Assembly: GCA_053919585.1 (NCBI GenBank)
Contig: CM132785.1
Strand: one strand, 5' to 3'
Length of the DNA stretch: 64,000 nucleotides
DNA from: Euprymna scolopes
Taxonomy: Eukaryota
A program made the translations under genes and the position numbers. The notes below the pieces were generated by a model that saw only the letters and a list, made by a program, of their open reading frames with translations, ran no database searches and was not told the origin of the DNA. Below, piece after piece: positions 43,701-56,950 of the stretch; position 1 is the stretch's first letter; each line of letters opens with the position of its first letter.

Positions 43701-46700
43701 CGTAAATATTCAAAAAGTACATTACCTATCATGCTATTAGAATTGTTCCAAATTGATAATTGTGTTAAATATATTATCATTAATTCGTTAAACTCATAAA
43801 CCCTACAAAACAAGTCACCTTTTAATGAAAGGAAGATGTTAAACGTTATATGTTATTTAATAATTGTTTTTTTTATTTATTTGAAGACATACCTGAGTTA
43901 TTTATATTTATTAACATGAAAAATCAATTTTATTTAAAATGAAAAACTTTTAATGCAATAACAATCAATTATTAATTGAATCTCCTTCGGTGAGAAAATA
44001 AACGAAATATATTAATATAAAAACATCTAGAATTTGTTAAAAACAATTAAGTCTGCTTGTTTGTTTTTTTTAATAAATAAAAGATTCGAACCTGCATCTC
44101 CATGTTTCTTACTGAACAAACTGAACTTAGGACTCTTCCAATGGAAACGTGGGAGCGACCATGATCCTAGTAACCAAAGTTATTAACAATTAAAGTGTGC
44201 AACAAAATATACCTGCATTGGTTTAAATGATGATTCTTTTTAATATCAAAATCAGTGTTTTTATATCATTACACATTACTGTTGTGTTTAAATATTATTT
44301 GTATATGTCCTTAAAGTTAAATTATCATGAAATATTATTTGGGAAAACTCGTATAAATTACCGATCAGTTATCAATTATGACAGTTAAGATTACCATATT
44401 TTTGATATAATGTGTAAAGACGTTTCAGTAAGTCCTTTAAATATATATGAATCCTACATAATACGAAATAAAAAAACTAATAAAAAATTATGTAAAAAAG
44501 TCGAAACGTGTTTACAACTGAAAGTAATAACGCGAAAATGCATTAGACAAACCTCCGTCAGGATCGTCCAGAGAATCAAGATGTATTCTGGCCGCTTTGA
44601 TATCGGGTATAAGTTCCGGGTATCCAGAACTGACACATTGAGCTATCACTTTATCAAGCAGGTGTGGATCATTTTTCTTTATAGCGCCATCTAGTTTTAA
44701 GCGGAGTTCATCTACACTGAGTTTTCCTGATAAACGAAACGATCAATAACAATGATATTTCTCTATTACCGGAAGATTGTTATAATGAGAATAAGTACAT
44801 GAAAAAGAGGTTTTAAATCGATATATGAATAGCAAAATTAAGAAGTGCGTATATTTGTAGAATAAGTTCTAGACAAACAATAACTATACAAGAATATTAA
44901 GAAAATATAAAAATCAGAAACGGAAAATTTTAATTCATGAAAAACATTATTCATAAGATTTATGGAAGTCGGTTTCAATGAATGTAATCGTTCAAACGCA
45001 TAGATTAATAATATTTTGTGGACTTAATATTATATATAGTACATACACATGTAAACTAAAATATTTTTTATATAATTCAGTTGTAATGACAACTATTTCG
45101 TTTCATGCAAGAAACAGTAAAGGACGTAATGATATAACATAGTTTTCGTATTTTGATTTAATTTAGGATTTTGCAGAATAAAGTAATGTTTACACGTACA
45201 TTGGGAAATTGGATAGAATAGATATTTTCAAACGATTAACCTACTTTATTGAAAGTGGCAAATATAGATAAAATGAATGAATTATATTCAATAAACTAAC
45301 CTCCACGTCCAAAGCCCAGTCCATCAAGTGTGTTTCTGGCGTGATGAAGATCGAGAGAAAGTTCCGGATAACCAGCTTCCTCACATTCGATGATGAGATT
45401 CTCTAAGTCAACTTTGTTCCTACTTTTGATTGCTGCCCTCAGTTGGGCTCGAAGGTCATCTGGAGTTTTCAGTTCTAATAAACGTAATAATTTTTACGTA
45501 ATTATATTCATTGTCATCGAAACTTTTCATTTATTTTTTAATTATTCCAATTGTATATTTTAAATATAATTCCAATAATAAAATTCCTTGTAGTAAACGT
45601 AAATGGATTTCTCATGCATATAAACTTATTTTATATATGTATTACTATTTATATGAACATATATTTGTACCTATAATTTATCCACGGATATGCTTTGTTT
45701 AATATTTTAGATTTTAACCAAGATAAAACTTATTTTATATGAAAATTTTATTTACAATACATTCAGCATTTAATTATCATTGGCGCCGTAGTTAAAATTA
45801 TATAAAATTATAAGTCAAATCAATAGCTCCAATTTTTGGAAGTTATTCAATTTTTTAAAAGAAAAATATATTTTCTAACCTCCTTGTCCGCCTTCTAATT
45901 TGAAGAGGGCTTGTCTGGCTTCTTGGATGTCGGCATCGAGACCAGGGAAACCGGCAGATACACTTCCCTTAATGGTTGCATCAAGAGCTTTTTTGTCATT
46001 TGATTTGAACGCCGCCTTCAGTCGTTCACGCAAGCCATCAAGTGTGAAAGTACCTGATAGTCGAAAGTTAATTTGTACGCATAAGGTTTGGCTCAAATAT
46101 CAAATAAAAAACATGCGTGCTTAAGTTAGAATGAGCATTATGTTTTTAATCCAAATTAGTATTTACGTGTAAAACTCCAGATTTCTCAATGAAAAGTTGT
46201 AATATGAAATCACTTAAGCATGACTTTAATATCAACTTTAGTATCAACTGAGTTATATCTTATTGTTTCGTTTAAATTTCCGTTTCATCGGTAGATGTTT
46301 TTATTAGAAAAACATTTCTAACTATTGAAAATGAATATGTATATAATCATTTGAACACTCGATATCAATTAATTTGACATCTTGTTAATTTTACATTTGC
46401 GTTTTATCCTTACATGTTTTCTTTAGTAAAAACATTTCTAACCTCCGAATCCGCCTCCCAACTTATTGAGAGCTATCCTGGCATCACGAAGATCAAACGC
46501 CAATTCTGGGTATTGGGCTTCTTCGGCAATCTCAATAAATTGTTCTAGTTTCGCTCGGTCTTTGTTCTTCACGGCTAAGTTGAGTTGTTGGCGCAAATCG
46601 TCAGGTGACATGTCTTCCAGTGATATATCTATATCAAATCATATTTATGGGTTAACAAATGAAACTTTTTAAAAGTTATTATATACTTTCATGCAATTCA

Positions 46701-49700
46701 GTGTTATGTGGTATTGTATTCGATTTTATTAAAGGGAATTTTGATTAACGAAGTTTTAATTAATTTTGAGTTTATTATTAATGATTTATTGTTCGATACA
46801 AATATAAATTTTAATTTAAAAATCAATGTAAACTGTTATTGTGATAATTTACTTCTCAAACATATGCTTATATTTCCAGATAAATTATAGTTTACAGAAT
46901 ATTTATTGTATCAGTATTATTATTTCGATTTATTAATGTAAGAAATTTTCTTGGAATTTTGAAAATAAGTTAATGAAGTTTGAATTATTATATATTATCC
47001 TTCAAAGTTCATTAGTCCCCATTAACCATCATAAAATTCGTTATTATTTTAGAGATAAATTAGGAAAATATATTATCTATTTTTATTACAAAAAATATTT
47101 AGTGTTTTAAAATAAATCAATAAAAAATATCCGAACCTGCATCTCCTCGTTTCTTACGGAACAAACTGAACTTGGGAGCTTTGAAGCTGAATCGGGGTAA
47201 CGATAGCGACCAGGATGCTGATGATCGAAGCGATTAATATTTAAATTATTTGATGAAAAAAAATTAACGATTAAGATAAAAAAATATTTTTCGTGCAAAA
47301 TATGCGCATGTTGTGAATAACTTTTAAAATGTCTGCGTTGTGGAATTACATAACTTAATAAACAAATATATCATAAAAATTAATTAAAAACGAAGAAGTA
47401 ACCGGAAGTGAAGTGGAAACAATAATCGTAAAGATAACCCAATTCTTAGTTATGTGTAACAGTTTCCTAATATCTAAATGCATACATATTACATATTCAT
47501 AAAATAATATGCGAAATATGATAAAGATATGTTCAGAATAAATATTTTCACTTAGATTTTCAGATAAATATTTCACAAAGATTTATAATGTAAACAGTTT
47601 TACGAAATGGATTAACTTCAAGTTTACAGATGTAAAGTTTTATAATTCAATACGATGTACCACTTTTAATACGCATAACTATTTACAAAATGAGATTGTA
47701 CAATAAAATGAGGTAATGTTAATTTTTATCAATAGAAAATGTTGAACGAACCTCTGTTGCCTCCTCCCAGAGAGTCTAAATGAAGTCTGGCCTTTTGGAT
47801 ATCAGGCAAAAGTTCTGGATATCCAGAACTGACGCATTCGGATATTACTTTCTCGAGAAGTTCAGGATCATTTTTCTCCATGGCACCGTTCAATTTTAAG
47901 CGGAGTTTGTCTACACTCAATTTTCCTGACAAACAAAGGGTGTTTGTAGTAAGACTTTCTGAATAAACTTAACGCCACTATAGAGACAAATGTATCGAGA
48001 AAAGCTAACATAGAACAATATTTGTAATTAGATGAGTCAAAACCGTTTTTACTTAGAATCTAGTAGATGATAAAGGCAATATTCTTAATTAAGTTTCGAA
48101 TTAATTTCATGAATAACTGTTCAAATTATTCCTTATGCCTATTATAGAAAATATATTAAAACAATCATAAATTAATGACACATTTCGATAAACCGATGTA
48201 ATGGCATGATATATGACTGCATATTTAATTCCGAATATAATTATAATAATAAATTTATATTTACTAAAATGAACAGAGTTATATTACTGGATATTCTGTA
48301 AAATAAGTGTATCTAAACATATTAATTTGTATATATTTTTAATGAAAATAAGGAAGTAATGAAATATAAATCAATTGAAAAATGTTAACATTTTTTCACT
48401 TACATCTTGCCGATCATTGTTTCATGAACGTTTGCTAAACATATATTATTTAAATGTTATCCCGAAAAATATAAAGTATTGAAAGTATATATTTTTATTA
48501 CTCAAGTCTGAAGAAATGATAAGCGGTTTATTAAAGATTGAATGAAAGAGAGATATATAGAGAATAAAGAAAAGGGAAATAGAAGAAAAAATAAAACGAG
48601 TGCAGTTTATAAAATATATCAATCTACTAACCTCCACGACCAAATCCCATACCATTGAGAGTGTCTCTAGCGTTGTTGAGATCGAGGGAAAGTTCCGGAT
48701 AGCCGGCTTCCTCACATTCAATGATGACATTTTCTAAGTCAACTTTGTTCTTGTTTTTGATTGCTGCTCTCAGATCGGCCCGAAGTGCTTCTGGAGTCTT
48801 CAATTCTAATGAACGTAATAATTTTTACGATATTATACTTGTTTTCATAGAAAAATTAAATTTAATATTTAATATTTATAACTATACTATTTATGGTTAT
48901 GCTGTGTACAGAGAACGTTTGGTAATTTCAATTATGATTTATACAATCATTTTTAGGAAATACTGATTATTAAAACTGAATAAAATTGTTAAAATTAGTT
49001 GAATATTTAAAACTGTTATATATAGAAATAAAAAGTTATTCATGATTAAAATATTCTAAATTATATTAGATCATAAAAAATGTAATATATGTAAAATATA
49101 AATTTTAATTATAAGATTACTTGAATTTTGTTTAAAATATAGTTTTAACAACAGTTGATGATTTTTGCAGTTTAACAATCTTACTACATAATATTTAAAA
49201 TATTTTAATAAAACACATAGGAATTGAAATATAAATTTAAAATAGTAACTGTCCGAAAAGCTATATTCTAACCTCCTTTTCCGCCTTCTAATTTAAAGAG
49301 GGCTTGTCTGGCTTCTTGGATGTCGGCATCAAGACCAGGAAAGCCGGCAGATACACTTCCTTTAATCGTTGCATCCAGATCTTTTTTGTCATTTGATTTG
49401 AACGCAGCCTTCAGTCGCTCACGCAAGCCTTCTAGAGTAAAACCTCCTGAGAATAAAAGATGTTTGGCGTGTCATTGAGTCTTATATTTTATGCAATTAT
49501 ACCTTAGCTCTGATAGTTACTTTCTTATTCTTGAATTAAGTATATACTTTAGTTAAAATGCATTTGATACTTTGAATTTAAAATTTTTTGCTTAATAAGA
49601 TTTTCAATGGAACATGAAAAACAGGTCACTTTTGAATGTATATAATAATCATCAGTTATTACATTTCAATTATTTAATTACTTTATAAAAAGAGTACTTT

Positions 49701-51036
49701 TAGAATATTTCTAACCTCCAAATCCGCCTCCTAATTTGTTGAGAGCTTCTCGGGCGTCACGAAGATCAAACGCTAATTCTGGAAATTGGAGTTCCTCGGC
49801 AATCTCAATCAGGTGTTCGAGTTTAGCTCGGTCTTTGTTTTTCACAGCTAATCTCAGTTGTTCACGAAGATTCTCTGGTGTCATCTCTCCCAGAGATATA
49901 TCTATATACAAACATATTGAACAATTGCTTTATATCGAAATACTAAAATTTATTTTACATGCATTATAGATTCCGTACATACTTAATTTAATTAAAAAAT
50001 AAACTTTATACGTAGGTAATATAAACGAATAATAATAATAATTATAATGATAATAATAAAGTAATAATAATAGTCACTATTATTATTATCACAATAATAA
50101 TTATTAGTATAAGTATTACAATAATAATATAAAGCATTACAAAATCTTTATTTATCAGATAGATAGACACCATAGAATAGACTAAGCAAGTATTTATGAT
50201 TTTACCTTTCAGTTATTACAATTAATGGTGTAGACTTTGTTCTTATAGAGATAGAAAAACTATTCGACAGTTTTACTCACGAGACTTCTTGTGTCACTCG
50301 AATTTGATAAAATTATGGAATTTTATACATATACATATCCTTCTTTATGAATTATGGAATATTATATGCATACATATCCTTCTTTTCACAACAACAAATA
50401 GCGTATTCTATTTTAATGTAATCTACTCTATTGAGGCATTATATCGATCCTTTCATACGATATGAGGAGTAAAGTTAACAGATAGGAGAGAAAGAGTCTC
50501 TATTACGAATACAGAAGCATTCTATGGCAACCCATTACTTCGATACTTCCAGTAAATATATACTCTTGTTAACTGCCTCATTTTGCCATTTCATTTCGAC
50601 CCTCTAAACCCACGATACTTTACTATGCATTATGTGACTTTATTAAGTGGACTAATTCGGAAATTACTATGAAGTATTAAGTAACGTGCATAAAATAAAT
50701 TTTAGAATACGCAATGAAAATATAATAATAGTTGTGAGAAAAACTGTCGAAATATCAACATCCATATTCAATTAATCAGTATTTAAATCTTAATACATTT
50801 TAATTAATACAAATGCGAATTTTCAAATATTACTGTATGTATTAATAAAATTTCGAACCTGCGTCTCCATGTTTCTTACGGAATGGACTCATACTTGGGA
50901 GTTTCATATGGAAGCCAGGAAATGAGAAAGACCCTGATAACCAAAAAGCACGTATGATTATGACAACATCAACGTAAAAGCTCGATAAATATCAGACGTT
51001 ATTGGAAACTTATAAAATGTTTAATAATATCACCAG

Positions 51037-51092
<56 letters not shown>

Positions 51093-54000
51093 TATATATT
51101 TACTCAATTATTTATTTCTCTCTATATATGTGTATGTGATAAATTTGTACTGAATTTAACTCAAATCATATGAAAAAAAAGTTATTCGCTTACCCTCAGC
51201 CAAAACGAATTGATTGCAATTTAAAAACAAATTTGTCCAAGGACTTGAAAGACAGTCAATAAAAGAAGAAAAGTTTGGTGAATTTAACATGAAGAAATCA
51301 TTTGTTTTGAATATATCCAAACATATTTTAAAATATGATATATGTTACTTTAAAAGTACTTTGCTCAATTAGGATTAATGTTATCGACAGGGACAAACCT
51401 TTGCCACTGCCCCCTAAAGATTCCAGATGAAGTTTGGCAGCTTCAATATCAGGTATAAGTTCTGGGTATCCAGAACTGACACATTCGCCGATTACTTTCT
51501 CCAGAAGATCTGGATCGTTTTTCTTCATGGCAGCATCTAGTCTCAGACGGAGTTTGTCAAGACTCAATTTTCCTGATAAATAAAGACAAGGGCCAATAAT
51601 AAGAAGAATGATCTAGTTCCACACGAAACGGTTATCAGCAAAACGACAAATAGAATAGTGTCATAAATTAAAGAGAAAAGTATTACTATTTGAAAAGTTA
51701 TAAAAGTTGAGTTGTACTCGATTATATTTTTAAAACACATAAGACGATAATATATATCTACATGAAGATTATAATATCCAAAATGATTACATTTCGATTT
51801 TAAATCTGTTAGATGTGAACATTAAAAACTTAATGAAGATAAATCACAGATCATTCTTGTTTTACACTTTTGATATAATCTAGATTGTCATGCACTTAAA
51901 TAATAATATTAAATAAGATAATTTATATTGAATGATTTCGAGTTATTTGATTGAGACAAAATCAAATAAATAGGTCTTATACTGAATTAAAAATTATATT
52001 CTATATAAAATGTTTGGAAATGTATGAATGTTTGTTGTCGGTTAAATTAAAAGAAAAATATGTCGCACCTCCTTTTCCCAGATCCAACTGTAATGTGTCA
52101 CAGGATTTATGGATATCAGGTTCAATAACAGGGACGCCGAGGGATATGCTTTGTTTCACAAGAGCATCCAGGGCCTTTGTATCTTTGGACTTTCCTGACA
52201 ATCGTAACTTATCTCCTGATAATCAAAAGCCAATTGCAATGCATAGGTTAAAACAAAGTATATGACAGTATGTACATTATAATTTAGAATTTACATGCTC
52301 AAGGACAATAAGATGGGCTTGTAATTTAAACAAAACTATCTTCGCTGCCTTATTTATATTATTACAGAGATATTTTTTCTGAAACAGATAATTTATTATA
52401 ATCAACATTGCAATAATGTTTGAAATGTTTGACTAGATGATTTTTATAATTGTTTGTCTATTAACGAAAAAGTTAATAATCTTTATCAAATATAAGAAAT
52501 ATTTTTCTCCACAGAAAATAGATAAATAAAACAAGTATATCATGGAAACTCATTTAAATGAAAATTGAGTCTTATATTCGTATTGTATTACGAATAGAAT
52601 AACCATTTAAAATGATACAATAATGTAATGATTTAGTAAATGTATTTTCGTTTAAATTTGTTTACATATTTGAAACTTGGTTAAATAAGAAATGTACTTG
52701 GTAAAATATGTACTTTTTATAATATATAATTTTTAAAATATGTAAATTCTAAAATATACACTTTCTAAAATATGCAGTTTCAGAAATAGCTACTACTTAC
52801 AAAAAGAAAACAAAACAATGGTGCATGCGATATACTGAATACCCATTTTGAAACGACTGAAGAGAATACTTGAAATTTATATAATCTTTATAATAAAAGG
52901 GATGATACACCATACATAAATAACTATCCAATAATTAACAGGAAAGCAGAAATATTACAATTATTAATTATTGGCCATAGTAAATCTGCATTTTGCGTAA
53001 CCATGCGTAAATCTTATTAGATTTTCATTAAATGAAATGTTTATAAATGGATAATTATTTGGATACAAAATAGGTAAACGTGTAATACACACAAATTTAA
53101 TAGCTAATACGTTAGTGGTACTTTTAAAATGATGCAAACCTTCATCTCCTGGTTTTTTACGGAAGAGACGCATGCTAGGGAATTTCACATGGAAGCCGGG
53201 CTTGGATCCTGGGAATCGAAATTTGATATTTCAAAGAAATGCTAAAGGAAAATGATTGTTCTAAAGAAATATATTTTTCTAAAGATTGTATTAATTTTAT
53301 ATTATACTAAATAAGGAAATGTGCTATATACGAAAGGAAATTTACTGTAAATAATATTTCTTTAAAAATTAGAAAAATCATTAAAATAAATGTTTTCTAA
53401 ATTGAAGATAACATAATCATATATGACATCATTAATTACTAATTACTCTTTTACAAGAAAGTATCAACAATTTACAAATTATGTCTACTGTGAATGTCTT
53501 ACTTCTCTGTTCTAATCAAAATTAATTTTATAATACATATAGTACTAGAATCAATCTCAGGAAGAAAAACAAACCTTTTACGCTTCCCGTCAGTGAATCC
53601 AAATGAAGTCTAGCCTCTTGGATATCCGGCCAAAGTTCCGGATATCCGGAACTGACACATTCGGTAATCACTTTATCCAGAAGATCTGGGTCGTTTTTCT
53701 TCAGAGCCCCATCTAGTTTCAGGCGAAGTTTGTCAACGTTCAATTTGCCTGACAAACACAAGCATACCAAGGACAATGATATCAGACCGATTCGTATATG
53801 AAGATTTAGAGTTAGAAAAGTTGAAGGAGAACCGAGATATTTTAAAGGATTGAATTTGAATATGTTTTTGAAGTTTCTTTTAAATACACTTCAGTTGTTT
53901 GAACGTTACATGTCATGGTTAATATTAAAATACTATTTATTGTTATCCATTTATAACTAATATTGATATATTTTATTTAAATTTTGATTAAATAATCAAT

Positions 54001-56894
54001 ATAATGAATGCATTATATTTAACAAGTAAGTTGCTTCTAATAAATGCTGTTATCAGATATATGTTTTATGCTAATAATTAATTCAAATATGCTAATTTTA
54101 TACGAAACTTATGAGTAAAGTAAAATAACATTCAATCTATAAACTGAACAGATTTGCTTCATTCATTTAGCATGTACATGTGGGTTTTGTTTTACATTTA
54201 ACAATTAAAAGAATCTTTTAAAAATTGAATGTTTTAATCGAAATATCACAAGTAACGAAGATCGCTCCAAATTAAAACTACTTGAGAATTTAAACTGAAG
54301 GAAAATCTAAATAATATCAGCAACATATTTAAGAGACAGAATGATAGAAATATTAACATGAAAAATATCATCGATTATGTATAAGCAATTCGGACCCGTA
54401 TTATAATTGATTGAAAACATTAATACGGTAATGGCAGATATAAGTTCTGTAAATTTAGAAACAAAAGAATATAACACTAACTTGATAATTAACGTGTTAA
54501 TTACTAACCTCCACGGCCAAAGCCCATACCGTTCAGTGTGTCTCTGGCCAAACGAAGATCAAGACAGAGTTCCGGATAACCGGCTTCCTCACATTCAATA
54601 ATGGCCTTCTCCAGTTCAACCTTGTTCTTGCTTTTGATTGCTGCTCTTAGTTGACCACACAAAGCTTCGGGTGATTTGAGCCCTAATTAATGTAATTTTT
54701 GTACGAAATACTGATTATTGAAAAGAAGATATATATTTAAAATTGTTTAATTATAATGCGATTATCTTAATTCTTAAAAATTTGTAATACACTTTAACTT
54801 TGATAAATTTAATTATATATAATTATATTGAATAAAAAATAAATAAAATACTTTTAACGGCAAATCGCATTTAAGACTCCGTAATCACAACTAATAGGAA
54901 ATAAACCCATTAGGTCCCACTGTCTTATAAATAGGACACCAAATGATTTATTTTAAAAAACCTAATACCACTATTTATGGCATATTTATTCTGGCGAAAT
55001 GGTAGAATTAATCTATATTAATTAACTTCTCTCTGAGAGTTGTTGGAGCACTCTCAAGAATCCTAAAATTTGCTAACATTCTATTTGTTTGATCATTTAC
55101 AAACTTATATAAATTAATTTTGCAATAGAAAGCAGCTAACTTGTTCCCAAAAGTCCAATGTAACTCATTGTGTTAAGTGCTTTTATCCATACCACGTAAA
55201 CTTATCTTAAATGTATAACCTCTTGATTTCTAAAGTATATTACATGTACTCGGTGTCCTATTTATAGGAGAGTCGATATTTCGCTTTCTTATAAAATAAA
55301 TAACGTTTTCATTTCAATTTGAGTATTTTAAACTCATTTTAAGATATTACACAAGGTTACAGCTCAATAAAAAAGACTGTATACACTAGGACCTAATAGG
55401 TTAAATATATCCTTTTAAAATGGTAAATTCATAGGAAATATAAAGCTTAAAATAACCTCCTTATAGATTTACTTTCGATAAACTGAGTTTGTAAAATATC
55501 TAACCTCCTTTTCCGCCATTTAATTTAAATAAGGCTTCTCTAGCTTCGTGAATGTTTGGTTCGAGTCCAGGAAGACCAGACCAGATGCTTTCTTTTATGG
55601 CAACATCTAAAAGTTTCTTGTCCTTGGATTTAATGGCTGCTTTCAGTTTCTGACGGAAGTCATCGACAGATAGATTACCTGATAATGAAAAATCGTTTTT
55701 CTTGTAAAACCTTACATCAAATATATAAAGTACGAATATTAAATTCTAAATCAAATATATCGTTATAACAACTTATTATTTATATTGATATATTTTAAAT
55801 TTTAGTTATGTAATTGATAAATGATATACAACAGTAAGTATTTTCATGATAAATGCTGTTATCGGACTATGTTTTTACATAAATTATTTAAATATGCTAA
55901 TTTCGTTAGGAAATGATGAGCACACATTGTATTTGCCGATGACGGATTATGAGTTAGCTTCTTTTAAATATATAAATATATAAGTGATTGGAATATTTTT
56001 ATTAATAATTAGAAATATAAAATATGTCGCGATATATAATTTATTTATAAAACAAAATATCCAGATAATCTTGAAATCTAACATTAGAAATAAAAAGAAA
56101 TATTCGTCATGATCTGCTAACCTCCAAATCCGCCTCCCAATTTGTTTAGAGCCACACGAGCCTCACGTAAGTCAAACGATAGTTCTGGATATTCAGCCTC
56201 TTCAGCCTCTAAGATAAGGTTCTCGAGTGCTGCTCGATCGTTATCCTTGACGGCCAGTTGAAGTTTTTCACGCAGCATGTCCATTGAAATATCATCCAGA
56301 GAGATTTCTAAGTAAAATGATAATCAGAGTTTTCTGAACCACAAGATTATGTATAAGATAGCTGGTAAAGAATTCGATTAGTAAACACTGCTGTATAAAA
56401 TGTAGCCATACTTTAAATTGCGTTGATCTTTTATAGGTTCAACAAAACATTTTTCAATAATCTCATGAAATGATTTATGAATCTACTTTATCTGGTTTTA
56501 TAATAAATACGAAATAGAATATATTATACACATACACACACTTACACACACATACTTACACACACACACAAATATATATATATCTATATACATATATATA
56601 TATATACATATTTATATATTTTATAATATAAGTTTACGAATAATTCTAAGGTAGATATTTACTTATTGCCCACCACAGCAAGATATGATACAAAGTCCGA
56701 AAGTGGCGTGTTCAAGCCAGCACCCCTTAAGGAGGGACACTCTGGCCTTACGATAATTGCCTGAGCATCCCCGTCGACATTCTCTGGTAAAGAAATCGAC
56801 GAGTTACAATAATCTTTAATCAACATATTTTTGTTATTTATTTCATACGATAACATACACACGCATACATACATACATACACACATACACACAT

Positions 56895-56950
<56 letters not shown>

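Noticed and set aside
9735-46053. Array as an assembly artefact
   Set aside because: Copies differ at many synonymous sites and introns are distinct in length and sequence.
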